This document shows positions 18,879 to 27,955 of a stretch of 32,000 bases of DNA, in pieces. Each line of letters opens with the position of its first letter. Position 1 is the stretch's first letter. The notes under the pieces are model-generated. The model made no database searches, was not told the DNA's origin, and saw nothing but the letters and a program-made list of their open reading frames with translations. The DNA is from Candidatus Methylomirabilis oxygeniifera (GTDB lineage Bacteria; Methylomirabilota; Methylomirabilia; Methylomirabilales; Methylomirabilaceae). The position numbers and the translations under genes are program-made. The stretch spans positions 420,001 to 452,000 of the forward strand of contig FP565575.1 of NCBI GenBank assembly GCA_000091165.1, read 5' to 3'.

Positions 18879-18972
18879 CGGACCACGGCACAGTGCGTGT
18901 CTCGCCCGCCTTGCCTATCATCGTTCTGTACGTTTCCCGCCACACCATCTATTCCCGACAGTGGGTGTAACT

Positions 18973-20052
18973 TTATTTGTCTATGCGTTCGACGACGAGG
19001 TCGCCCATTTGTGCCGTACCAACGAGCGTCGTGAGTCCCGGTTGCCGGATATCGGGTGTTCGATACCCGGCTTCGAGTACTCGGCTTACCGCGGCGTCAA
19101 CGGCGGCTGCCGCCGGCTCGTGGTGGAGCGTATGACGCAGGAGCATTGCGGCGGATAGGATAGTCGCGAGGGGATTCGCCTTGTCCTGGCCGGCGATGTC
19201 TGGGGCGGAGCCATGGATCGGTTCGTACAGACCGGGTCCGTCTCCCAGGCTGGCTGACGGCAGCATGCCGATAGAGCCGACGAGCATGGCGGCCTCGTCG
19301 CTCAGGATATCTCCGAAGGTATTTTCGGTCAGCACGACATCGAAGCGTCGAGGATCGCGGATGAGTTGCATTGAACAGTTATCCACCAGCATGTGGTCCA
19401 ACTCGACATCCGGGAACTCCCCGGCCGTTTCGGCGACCACGCGACGCCAGAGTTGGGAGCTGGCCAACACATTGACCTTATCGACGGACGTCAGTCGCTT
19501 CCGACGCTGCGCGGCGATCTGAAATCCGATCTTGGCGATCCGCTCGATCTCATGGGTGGTGTAGCTCAGCGTATCGATACCTTGCTCCCCTTTGCCGTCC
19601 GGGGCCGGACCTATCCCCTTCGGTTCGCCGAAGTAGAGGCCGCCGGTCAGTTCCCTGAGGACGAGCAGATCAACCCCCTCGATGATCTCGCGCTTCAGAG
19701 GCGAGGCATCAATGAGGGGGGCGAACAGTTTCACCGGTCTGAGGTTCGCGTACAGCCCCAACTCCTTGCGGAGTCGGAGCAGGCCCCGCTCCGGCCGGCA
19801 ATCGACCGGCAGGCTGTCCCACTTCGGGCCACCAACCGCGCCGAAGAGGATCGCATCGGCGGCGCGACACAGGCTCCAGGTCTCCGGTGGAAGCGGGGTT
19901 CCGCATCGGTCGATAGCCGCGCCTCCGACCACCCCCTCTTCGAACGTTAGGGAAATGTCGAAGAGCACGCCGATCTGCCGTAAGACCTTCACTGCCTCCC
20001 GGACGATCTCCGGTCCTACCCCGTCTCCGGGTAATACAGCAATTCGAGCCAT
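18973..20052 (-). CDS. leuB: 3-isopropylmalate dehydrogenase
   Basis: [89 protein letters not shown]. Confidence 0.95.
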   Translation of the reverse strand: MARIAVLPGDGVGPEIVREAVKVLRQIGVLFDISLTFEEGVVGGAAIDRCGTPLPPETWSLCRAADAILFGAVGGPKWDSLPVDCRPERGLLRLRKELGLYANLRPVKLFAPLIDASPLKREIIEGVDLLVLRELTGGLYFGEPKGIGPAPDGKGEQGIDTLSYTTHEIERIAKIGFQIAAQRRKRLTSVDKVNVLASSQLWRRVVAETAGEFPDVELDHMLVDNCSMQLIRDPRRFDVVLTENTFGDILSDEAAMLVGSIGMLPSASLGDGPGLYEPIHGSAPDIAGQDKANPLATILSAAMLLRHTLHHEPAAAAVDAAVSRVLEAGYRTPDIRQPGLTTLVGTAQMGDLVVERIDK

Positions 20053-20180
20053 GAATCCTCCCAGATAGACACCACCTACACCCGCGGTCCGTTCTGTAAG
20101 AGCTTTCATGACTAGCATGGCGAGAGTGAGAGGTCAAGGGCAAAGGACTACTGTTGGGCCGGCTGTGCTATACTAATCCC

Positions 20181-20846
20181 GTGAAAATCCTTTCTGCAGA
20201 GTTCGTCACAAGCGTCTCATCGCTTGCCCAACTCCCACGTGAGCCACGCGCGGAGATTGCAGTCGTCGGCCGCTCCAATGTCGGCAAGTCGTCGCTGATC
20301 AACTGCCTGTTGCGTCGCCGTGGACTTGCTCGTGTCAGTGGCGTACCGGGCCGTACACAGTTGCTGAACTTTTTCCTGATCAATCGGGATTTCTATCTGG
20401 TTGACCTGCCTGGGTACGGCTACGCAAAAGTCCCTGATTCGATTCGGCTGGCGTGGGGACCGCTGATCGAAGGGTATCTGGCCTCGGATCGAGACCTTAG
20501 AGTGGTCATTGTACTTATCGATGCGCGACAAGGGGTTACGGAGAAGGACTTGCAGATGAAAGGGTTGTTGGACAATTTCTCCATCAACTGGATACCGGTT
20601 CTGACCAAGATCGATAAGCTCCGACGGACAGCCCGCCAGGCGCATATTCGCGATGCCGTAGACGCTTTAGGCTTACGCGATCCCCGGGCGATTATCCCAT
20701 TTTCCGCGAAGTCCGAGGAAGGCCGGGAGTCGTTATTGGCCGTCATCGGTGACTACGCGCAAACACGACCTCTTTCGATGGGTTCGGCGTTGACTCCGAC
20801 CTCCGGACCTGCTAGGCTCGGAAAAGCCGTAACGGATCGGTCATAG
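20181..20846 (+). CDS. engB: Ribosome biogenesis GTP-binding protein YsxC/EngB
   Basis: VKILSAEFV N-terminus, GRSNVGKSSLIN, GVPGRTQLLNFF, LVDLPGYGYA, LTKIDKL. GTG start at 20181. Confidence 0.94.
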   Translation: MKILSAEFVTSVSSLAQLPREPRAEIAVVGRSNVGKSSLINCLLRRRGLARVSGVPGRTQLLNFFLINRDFYLVDLPGYGYAKVPDSIRLAWGPLIEGYLASDRDLRVVIVLIDARQGVTEKDLQMKGLLDNFSINWIPVLTKIDKLRRTARQAHIRDAVDALGLRDPRAIIPFSAKSEEGRESLLAVIGDYAQTRPLSMGSALTPTSGPARLGKAVTDRS

Positions 20847-20891
20847 TAGCCGGACCGTGCGGGAGCGCATGAAGAACTGAATGAGCGTGAA

Positions 20892-22667
20892 ATGAGTAGA
20901 GCGGGACGAGTGCGATACTATCTGTATGGATTGTTGGGGTTGGCCATATTCGCTCAGGGGTGCGTGGCCGCGCAGAGGGTTGGGCATGAGCCTGCAATAC
21001 GGCGTGGTGTACCCGTCGGTACCGGCGTGTCTGCGATCGAAGCGGTCGAAAAGGCAACAGACAAGGCTGAGGCCTACTACCGATTTATGAGAAGCCTGCT
21101 GGCAGAGCAAGCCGGAGATCATCACGCCGCGATCACGTGGCAAAAGGCGGCACTACAGGTTGACCATCGATCTGTCGTCATGCACAATCACCTGGCCTCT
21201 CTGCATATGAAGCGGGGCGACGTTCGAGGCGCGATAAATGCGGGAGAGGATGCGCTTGCCCTGGATTCGAAGAACCTTCATGCTCACCTGCTGTTGGCTG
21301 CCGTCTATCAGAGCCTGCATAACCTGTCGGTGGCCGAACGATATTTCCGCAATGCGCTCGACCTGGACCCCGTCCGGACCGAGACGTACGTGCAGCTTGC
21401 AGCCCTTTATAGGGAGGCCAGAAAAGCGCAGGAGGCAATCGCAGTGTACCGGCAAGCGCTGGACGTCGATCCCGGCTCGCTGGTGATCCGTTACAATCTG
21501 GGGCGGCTTTACCTGGAGGAGGGGCAGTCGGAGCAGGCAAGCCATATCTTTCGAGAGATCCTGGAGCGCGACTCAGCGTTTGATCCCGCGTTGACGGCGC
21601 TTGGGATGAGCCTCGAGGCGCAGGGAAAATTGGATGAGGCCAGGACGATGTATCAGCGCGCGCTCGTTGATGATCCCAGGAACGGCGAGATTCGGGAGCG
21701 CCTGGCCCAGTTGCTCTTGAGGCAGAAAGAGCTGGACGCCGCCCTTATCGAGTATCGACGGCTGCTTGATCAAGAGCCGAACAACAGCTCGTTCAAACTG
21801 CGAATTGGATTCATTTACTATGAAAAGCGGATGTATGGAGAGGCTATTCAAGCCTTTCGGGATATCCTCCGAGAGGAATCGGGCAACCATGAGGTCCGGT
21901 ACTATCTGGGCCTGACCCTTGAGGATGAGAGGCGCCACGATGAGGCCCTCGACGAGCTGGCACAGATTCCCAAGGACAGTCCGCGCTATCCGGACGCGCT
22001 CTTCCATCGCGGGTACATCCTCAGCCAGAAGGAACGGTATGTCGAGGCCGGCGATCTGCTTTCCATCGCGGGATCCCTGAGGCCGAACGAGGGCGTCATT
22101 CCGTATCTGTTGGGTCTGATCTATTTCCAGCAAAAGAGCTATCCGCAGGCTATTGCGCAACTTGAGCGTGCGCTTGGCCTGGAACCGAGCAATGCCGCCT
22201 ATCTCTATCAGCTTGGCTCAGCCTTCGAGCGGAGTCGCCAGATCGACAAGGCCGAAACGATCTTTCGCCGGCTTCTAACGGTCGATCCGAAGCATGCTGA
22301 TGCGTATAACTACCTAGGCTACATGTTTGCCGATGAGGGGATCAAGCTCGATGAGTCGGTGGCCCTGGTCAAGAAGGCGCTGGAGCTTCAGCCTGATAAT
22401 GGAGCGTTTGTAGACAGCCTAGGCTGGGCCTACTACAAGAAAGGGATGGTGGATGAGGCTCTGGTGGAGCTGAAGCGCGCCGCAGAACTTTCTACGAAGG
22501 AAGATCCCACAATCTTTGAACACCTCGGCGATGTGTACTTCAGAAAGCGAATGGTCCACGAGGCGATCAGGGAGTGGGAACGATCCCTTGCCATTGATAG
22601 CGCCAACGAGGCGGTACAGCACAAACTCAGAAAGGCCCGAGACGTCCTCTCTCGGGAGGGTGAATGA
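20892..22667 (+). CDS. Tetratricopeptide-repeat lipoprotein (591 aa)
   Basis: Lipobox-like FAQGC; many TPR units (e.g. AQEAIAVYRQALDVDPGSLVIRYNLGRLYLEEGQ, AYNYLGYMFADEGIKLDESVALVKKALELQPDNGAFVDSLGWAYYKKG). Confidence 0.9.
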   Translation: MSRAGRVRYYLYGLLGLAIFAQGCVAAQRVGHEPAIRRGVPVGTGVSAIEAVEKATDKAEAYYRFMRSLLAEQAGDHHAAITWQKAALQVDHRSVVMHNHLASLHMKRGDVRGAINAGEDALALDSKNLHAHLLLAAVYQSLHNLSVAERYFRNALDLDPVRTETYVQLAALYREARKAQEAIAVYRQALDVDPGSLVIRYNLGRLYLEEGQSEQASHIFREILERDSAFDPALTALGMSLEAQGKLDEARTMYQRALVDDPRNGEIRERLAQLLLRQKELDAALIEYRRLLDQEPNNSSFKLRIGFIYYEKRMYGEAIQAFRDILREESGNHEVRYYLGLTLEDERRHDEALDELAQIPKDSPRYPDALFHRGYILSQKERYVEAGDLLSIAGSLRPNEGVIPYLLGLIYFQQKSYPQAIAQLERALGLEPSNAAYLYQLGSAFERSRQIDKAETIFRRLLTVDPKHADAYNYLGYMFADEGIKLDESVALVKKALELQPDNGAFVDSLGWAYYKKGMVDEALVELKRAAELSTKEDPTIFEHLGDVYFRKRMVHEAIREWERSLAIDSANEAVQHKLRKARDVLSREGE

Positions 22668-23485
22668 CCGGTCGCCCGTCGCTGCGACGCTTGGCGCTGA
22701 TAACAGGGATCGCACTGAGCGGGTGCGCCTATGGTCCGGATCTTGTCCGGGAGGACAAGGACCTCCTGCGCCCTTCGCGCCAGGTCGGACAGGAGATTAT
22801 CCGATCCTTACAGGAGCGTGAGTCCACAGTGACAGGCTTACAAGCCGTACTCGATCTGACGGTGCGGCGCGCGCGAGCGCCGGAGTATCGTCAGGAGGCG
22901 GTCGCTATCGAGCGACCAGATTTGATTCGATTGGAGAGTATCGGCTGGGGTGGATTCACGTCATTGGTCATTGTAAGCGACGGACGTCGGCTTGTCGCGC
23001 ATGCGCTGCTGCAGAATCTCTTCGTCGAGGGGAGTGCGACGGCCGAGAACGTCGCCAGGGTTACGGGATTCCGCGTGGCGCCGACCCATCTGGTGCGGTT
23101 ACTGCTTGGCTTGCCACCCCTTGCGATTCAACTCGACAAGGCGGAACTGTATGGTCCTCACGATGGCGCGTATCTTCTGCGAGCGGAGGAATCACCGTTC
23201 ACGCAGCGTCTCTGGTTATCCGACGACGACCTGAGCCTGCTGCGGGGGGAGTTGTACGATCGGACATCGCTCCGCTTGAGGTTTCGGTACGTTCCTGCGG
23301 CCCATGGGTTGCGTACGCTCGTTCTGGAAGAGCCCGTGGAGCGGACGGCGGTAGAGGTGTCGTACCGATCCTACACGCTGAATCCCGAGTTGCCTCGTGA
23401 GCTCTTTCACATCCCGCAGCCGTCCCAGGGAGCGCAGGTGATGAATCTCGACGCAGGTGCGGCCCCAGTATTCGGGTTGCCTTGA
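22664..23485 (+). CDS. Outer-membrane lipoprotein, LolB/DUF4292 (LolA-fold) candidate
   Basis: Lipobox GIALSGC; beta-rich LolA-fold-like sequence; ATGA overlap with upstream TPR gene; positioned before ispE-prs as lolB is in gammaproteobacteria. The family call is position- plus fold-like inference. Confidence 0.6.
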   Translation: MTGRPSLRRLALITGIALSGCAYGPDLVREDKDLLRPSRQVGQEIIRSLQERESTVTGLQAVLDLTVRRARAPEYRQEAVAIERPDLIRLESIGWGGFTSLVIVSDGRRLVAHALLQNLFVEGSATAENVARVTGFRVAPTHLVRLLLGLPPLAIQLDKAELYGPHDGAYLLRAEESPFTQRLWLSDDDLSLLRGELYDRTSLRLRFRYVPAAHGLRTLVLEEPVERTAVEVSYRSYTLNPELPRELFHIPQPSQGAQVMNLDAGAAPVFGLP

Positions 23486-23488
23486 GAT

Positions 23489-24356
23489 ATGAAGCAGGTC
23501 ACGCTGACTTCTCCCTCCAAGGTGAACCTCTTTCTGGAGGTTCTTGGACGCCGCGACGATGGATACCATGAAATCTGCTCCATTGCGGCGCTGACCGAAC
23601 TGTGCGATACCATCGCCTTGGAACGGCGTACGAGCGGAATCACCATCTGGTCACAAGATCCCAAGGTTCCGACCGGGTCCGATAATTTGTGCTACCGGGC
23701 GGCCGATCTGTTGCTGCGACACAGCGGCGTACACGGCGGCGTGAGCATCCGGATCGAGAAACATATCCCTATTGCCGGAGGGATGGGAGGAGGATCGAGC
23801 AATGCGGCGACGACCTTATGGGGGCTGAATCTGTTGTACGATCTCGGGTGGCCTCGCGAGGAGCTGATAGACCTCGGGGCTGAGTTGGGTTCGGATGTCC
23901 CCTTTTTTTTGTCGGGGGGCTGCCTTTATAAGGGGTCGCGGAGAGCGGGTGGAAGAGCTGGCGGCGCTGACACCGCGGTGGCTCGTGATCGCCAATCCCG
24001 GGATAGAGATCGCTACGGCTTCGGTCTATCGTCGCTTGAGATTGCCGTTGACATCCGAGAAGGCCGGGTTTACAATGCGGGGTTTGGTTGAGTCCGGCCA
24101 GGAAGAGGCGGCGCTGTCGCACTGTTTCAACCGGTTGGAGGACGTCGTGCTTGAGGCCTATCCGTCGGTCGCCAACCTCAAGCAGCGGCTGTTGCTGTTG
24201 GGTGCGAGCCCGGTCTTGGTCAGCGGGAGTGGGCCGACTGTATTTGGGATCATGCGAGAGGCTGAGACGGCCAAGCGGGTTGCGTCAAGTTTGGTCGAGA
24301 ACGGAATTGCGGCGGTTGCCTGCCGCACACTGGACAGAAACCCCCTCTTCCTGTGA
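23489..24356 (+). pseudogene. ispE: 4-diphosphocytidyl-2-C-methyl-D-erythritol kinase, split by an apparent frameshift near 23905-23925
   Basis: Frame A (23489..24091): SPSKVNLFLEVLGRRDDGYHEI, PIAGGMGGGSSNAA, LGSDVPFFLSGG. Frame B (23895..24356): AAFIRGRGERVEEL, LVSGSGPTVFG. Together they give one complete IspE. A genuine pseudogene versus a sequence error is unresolved. Confidence 0.85.
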
Positions 24357-24363
24357 GCCGATA

Positions 24364-24387
24364 GCTGATCGCTGAGAGCTGACAGCT
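24364..24387 (+). repeat. Heptad-period degenerate repeat (GCTGATC GCTGAGA GCTGACA GCT)
   Basis: Three contiguous 7-nt units plus a partial, between the ispE stop and tRNA-Gln. Confidence 0.75.
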
Positions 24388-24389
24388 AT

Positions 24390-24463
24390 TGGGGGGTCGG
24401 ATAAGGGTAATCCGGCAGACTTTGGATCTGCACATCGAGGTTCGAGTCCTCGCCCCCCAGCCA
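24390..24463 (+). tRNA. tRNA-Gln (anticodon TTG), with encoded CCA
   Basis: Cloverleaf: acceptor TGGGGGG/CCCCCCA, D arm GGA-TAAGGGTAA-TCC, anticodon stem-loop GCAGA-CTTTGGA-TCTGC, T arm CGAGG-TTCGAGT-CCTCG, discriminator G plus CCA. Confidence 0.96.
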
Positions 24464-24533
24464 GTAAGCGGCGGCAGGCCGCCGTCGAGCGCAGAGGGGC
24501 AGGAGAAACGATGCGGTATTCGGAGAGTGTCTG

Positions 24534-25472
24534 ATGGCTGATCGGTTGGTCCTTTTTTCCGGGAATGCTAATCGGGCCTTGTCGCAAGAGATTGCGGACT
24601 ATCTTGACGTCCCCCTTGGTGACGCTGAGGTCACGCGCTTCGCCGACGACGAGATCCTGGTCCAGGTGTTCGAGAATGTCAGGGGCGCCGACGTCTTTGT
24701 CATCCAGCCCACCTGCCGGCCTGTCAACGAGAACCTCATGGAGCTGTTGGTGATTATTGATGCCTTAAAGCGGGCGTCGGCCAGGCGGATTACAGCCGTC
24801 ATGCCGTACTACGGCTACGGGCGGCAGGATCGAAAGGTCCAGCCTCGCGTGCCTATTACCGCGAAACTGGTGGCTGACCTGCTCACGGCGGCTGGGGTGC
24901 ATCGGGTCTTGACGATGGATCTTCACGCCGGACAGATTCAGGGTTTCTTTACGACCCCGGTCGATCACCTGTATGCCGCTCCGGTTCTCCTGCGGTTTTT
25001 CGAGGAGCGCCGGCTGGGGGATGCGGTGGTCGTCTCCCCGGATGCGGGCGGCGTGGAACGAGCCCGCGCATTTGCCAAGCGCCTGGGCAGTCCGCTGGCA
25101 TTCATCGATAAGCGTCGGACAGGTCCCAATGAGGCGAAGGTGATGCATATTGTCGGAGACGTCGAGGGGCGGGACGTGATCATTGTGGACGATATGATTG
25201 ATACGGCGGGAACCCTTACGCAGGCGGTTCCGGCCCTCCTTGAAAAGGGAGCTAAGCGAATCTTTGCAAGTTGTACACATCCGGTTCTCTCGGGTCCGGC
25301 GATGGAGCGGATCAATGGATCAGCCCTCGAAGAGGTGATCGTCACGAATACGATCCCCCTTCCCGATGGTAACCAGTCAAAAAAGCTGACCGTCCTCTCG
25401 GTGGCTCCGCTACTGGGGGAGGCTATCAGCCGCATTCATAAAGAGGAATCCGTCAGTTGCCTTTTTGTCTGA
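24534..25472 (+). CDS. prs: Ribose-phosphate pyrophosphokinase
   Basis: [82 protein letters not shown]. Confidence 0.96.
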   Translation: MADRLVLFSGNANRALSQEIADYLDVPLGDAEVTRFADDEILVQVFENVRGADVFVIQPTCRPVNENLMELLVIIDALKRASARRITAVMPYYGYGRQDRKVQPRVPITAKLVADLLTAAGVHRVLTMDLHAGQIQGFFTTPVDHLYAAPVLLRFFEERRLGDAVVVSPDAGGVERARAFAKRLGSPLAFIDKRRTGPNEAKVMHIVGDVEGRDVIIVDDMIDTAGTLTQAVPALLEKGAKRIFASCTHPVLSGPAMERINGSALEEVIVTNTIPLPDGNQSKKLTVLSVAPLLGEAISRIHKEESVSCLFV

Positions 25473-25545
25473 CGGTGGGGAGGATAGATCGGGCGCAGAG
25501 ATACGAGGAGGAAACTCGCCTGCGCCGCGCGAGAAGGAGAGTGCA

Positions 25546-26208
25546 ATGGAAGAATTGAGACTGAAAGGGCAAGTTCGGACGCAGGTCGGCAAGGGGGCCG
25601 CAAAAAAGCTTCGGCGGCAGCGGCTGATTCCGGCTGTCGTGTATGGAGGCACATCAGGGCCCACCGCAGTAACGATCAATCCCTTTGAAATGATGAAGCT
25701 CCTTGGGTCCGGAGCGGGTGAGAACGTCCTGATCTCTCTCGCCATGGATGGAGAGAATGAGCAATCGAGGACGGTCATCCTGAAAGCGTTACAGCGAGAC
25801 CCTGTGCGAGGGGGGCCGTTGCACGCCGATTTCCTCGAGGTGTCCATGCAGCGGAAGATCAAGGTTCAGATTCCGGTCAGATTAGTGGGGGAGGCCATCG
25901 GCGTCAAGCTCAAGGGCGGCCTTTTGGAACAGCATCTGCGCGAGGTCAGCGTCGAGTGCCTGCCCGGTGCAATTCCCAGCCACATCCAGGTGGATATCAG
26001 TCACCTTGATTTGGGTCACGGTATTCACGTCCGTGAGCTTACCGCAGGGGGGGATATTAAGGTGCTTGAGGACCCCGCCAGGCCTGTGGTGACGGTGCTG
26101 GTTCAGCGGGTAGCGGCGGAGGGGGCTGCGGCTGTAGCCGAGGAGAAACCGACTGAGCCGGAAGTGGTTGGTAAGAAGGAGGCGAAAGAGGTCAAGGAAG
26201 GTAAATAG
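25546..26208 (+). CDS. rplY: 50S ribosomal protein L25/general stress protein Ctc
   Basis: ATG 25546 preceded by AGAAGGAGAG; VRTQVGKGAAKKLRRQRLIPAVVYGG; long CTC-type C-terminal domain. Confidence 0.93.
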   Translation: MEELRLKGQVRTQVGKGAAKKLRRQRLIPAVVYGGTSGPTAVTINPFEMMKLLGSGAGENVLISLAMDGENEQSRTVILKALQRDPVRGGPLHADFLEVSMQRKIKVQIPVRLVGEAIGVKLKGGLLEQHLREVSVECLPGAIPSHIQVDISHLDLGHGIHVRELTAGGDIKVLEDPARPVVTVLVQRVAAEGAAAVAEEKPTEPEVVGKKEAKEVKEGK

Positions 26209-26226
26209 GAAGGCGGATGGACCGTC

Positions 26227-26829
26227 TTGTGGGGCACCTTGTTGTGGATCGTAGTGGGCTTGGGCAATCCTGGTCCGGAGTATGAAGTCAGTCGCCACAA
26301 TGTAGGCTTTCGGGTTGTGGACACGTTGGCTGACCGGGCGGGCGTGACCCTCACGCGTTGCCGATACCGTTCGCTTTTTGTGAGAGGTTCCATTCACGGA
26401 GCCCAGGTTCTATTGATCAAACCTTTGACCTTCATGAACGAAAGCGGCTTCAGTGTCTCCAGATGGCAACAGGCGTTACGCCTTGATCCTGGTCGGATTA
26501 TCGTGGTCCATGACGACCTGGATCTGCCTCCCTCTCAGTTACGAATCAGGGTGGGCGGCGGTCACGGGGGGCACAGGGGTATCCGTTCCGTCATAGAGGC
26601 GATAGGCAGCTCCGACTTTCTACGAGTGAAGGTGGGGATCGGACGGCCTCAAGATGGGCAGGATGCGGTCACACACGTGCTGGGGCCTTTTGAGGAATGT
26701 GATGGCGGCGTGCTGGAGGCGGCGATACAACGGGCTGCCGATGCGGTGGAGGCGGTGATGCAGGAAGGTTTTGAGGTGGCGATGAACCGGTACAACGTTC
26801 GAGGTGCCCGTCAGACTCGCATGGCATAA
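26227..26829 (+). CDS. pth: Peptidyl-tRNA hydrolase
   Basis: VVGLGNPGPEYEVSRHNVGFRVVD, LIKPLTFMNESG, VVHDDLDLP, GGGHGGHRGIRSV, DFLRVKVGIGRP. Confidence 0.95.
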   Translation: MWGTLLWIVVGLGNPGPEYEVSRHNVGFRVVDTLADRAGVTLTRCRYRSLFVRGSIHGAQVLLIKPLTFMNESGFSVSRWQQALRLDPGRIIVVHDDLDLPPSQLRIRVGGGHGGHRGIRSVIEAIGSSDFLRVKVGIGRPQDGQDAVTHVLGPFEECDGGVLEAAIQRAADAVEAVMQEGFEVAMNRYNVRGARQTRMA

Positions 26830-26848
26830 TCTGGAGGAGGTGAAGAGA

Positions 26849-27229
26849 GTGGGTCACTATGAGGTCATTATTATTTTGGATCCGGCCCTTACGGAGGAGA
26901 GTATTGATACGGAGATCGGCGGAGTTCGCGAGGTTGTGACCAAGAAGGGCGGACAGATGCTGGAGATCCAGAAGTGGGGAAAAAAGCGACTGGCCTACGA
27001 GGTAAAAAAGCGACGGGAAGGTCAGTATGTTCTCATGAAGGTGGACGGCCCTGGCGGAGTTGTGGCCGATCTCGATCGGCATTTTCGGATCACTGAGGTC
27101 ATCCTGAAAGGGGCGGTTGTCAGGGCTGAGGAGCCCAGGAGAGGACGATTTAAAGCGAAGTCGCACGCCACACTCGAGGGTAGTGCCGTCACCACTACCC
27201 AGGAGATGGAAGATGGTGAGCTTCAATAA
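26849..27229 (+). CDS. rpsF: 30S ribosomal protein S6
   Basis: VGHYEVIIILDPALTEE, IQKWGKKRLAYEVKKRREGQYVLMKV; GTG 26849 with GGAGGAGG upstream; rpsF-ssb-rpsR-rplI context. Confidence 0.93.
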   Translation: MGHYEVIIILDPALTEESIDTEIGGVREVVTKKGGQMLEIQKWGKKRLAYEVKKRREGQYVLMKVDGPGGVVADLDRHFRITEVILKGAVVRAEEPRRGRFKAKSHATLEGSAVTTTQEMEDGELQ

Positions 27230-27614
27230 GGTGATTTTGCTGGGCAACCTGACACGAGACCCGGAACTTCGGCATACGCCGGCCGGTATGACCGTGTGTA
27301 ACTTCGATCTTGCGGTCAATCGATCTTTTACGACCAAAGGCGGTGACCGGCGAGAAGAGGTCTGTTTCATTACGGTCGTTGTGTGGGATAAGCAAGCGCA
27401 GACCTGTGCCGAATTTCTAAGCAAAGGGCGCCAGGCGCTGGTTGAGGGTCGGCTCCAACAACGATCATGGGAAACGCCGGACGGCCAGAAGCGAAGCAAA
27501 TATGAGGTTGTTGCAGAGCGGGTGCAATTTGTCGGTGGACGAAAGGATGCGGCAGGCTCCGAGTCCGAGGAGGAACCGCCTCGATCCGGCGGTGAGGAGG
27601 AGGTGCCATTCTGA
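27213..27614 (+). CDS. ssb: Single-stranded DNA-binding protein
   Basis: FNKVILLGNLTRDPELRHTPAGMTVCNFDLAVNR, EVCFITVVVWDKQAQTCAEFLSKGRQALVEGRLQQRSWE; acidic tail ending EEEVPF. Confidence 0.95.
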   Translation: MVSFNKVILLGNLTRDPELRHTPAGMTVCNFDLAVNRSFTTKGGDRREEVCFITVVVWDKQAQTCAEFLSKGRQALVEGRLQQRSWETPDGQKRSKYEVVAERVQFVGGRKDAAGSESEEEPPRSGGEEEVPF

Positions 27615-27618
27615 AACC

Positions 27619-27642
27619 CGTGGTGAGCCCTGTCGAACCACG
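27619..27642. repeat. Short palindromic intergenic element CGTGGTGAGCCCTGTCGAACCACG
   Basis: Perfect 6-bp arms CGTGGT/ACCACG around GAGCCCTGTCGA in the ssb-rpsR gap; resembles common intergenic GTTCGACAGGCTCACCAC-type repeats. Confidence 0.5.
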
Positions 27643-27669
27643 AGATGACGCTCAGGGGGGTGATGACGA

Positions 27670-27906
27670 ATGCTGAAAAAGCGACGAAGTTTTCGGCGGC
27701 AGAAGGTGTGTAAGTGGTGTGTCGATAAGGTTGAGACAGTCGATTTCAAGGACGCGAAGCGGCTTAGAAACTTTATTACTGATCGAGGGAAGATTATTCC
27801 GCGGCGGATTTCCGGGAACTGTGCCGGCCATCAGCGGCAGTTGGGCGGAGCCATCAAGAGGGCTCGCAGCATCGCATTGCTTCCCTTCGCCGCCGATCTG
27901 GTCTAA
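27670..27906 (+). CDS. rpsR: 30S ribosomal protein S18
   Basis: [50 protein letters not shown]. Confidence 0.96.
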   Translation: MLKKRRSFRRQKVCKWCVDKVETVDFKDAKRLRNFITDRGKIIPRRISGNCAGHQRQLGGAIKRARSIALLPFAADLV

Positions 27907-27955
27907 GCGGGAGGACTCGGCAGATCGTTGCGGTGGGGTTGACGACACGCGTTCG

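Noticed and set aside
18879-18972. Bidirectional terminator between the DUF2127 gene and leuB
   Set aside because: Only a weak CACACC/GGGTGT pairing is visible and no U-tract; not enough to call.
26790-26848. S6:S18-binding leader RNA upstream of rpsF
   Set aside because: I could not identify the conserved structured motif by eye, and the region overlaps the pth 3' end; not supportable without a covariance-model search.
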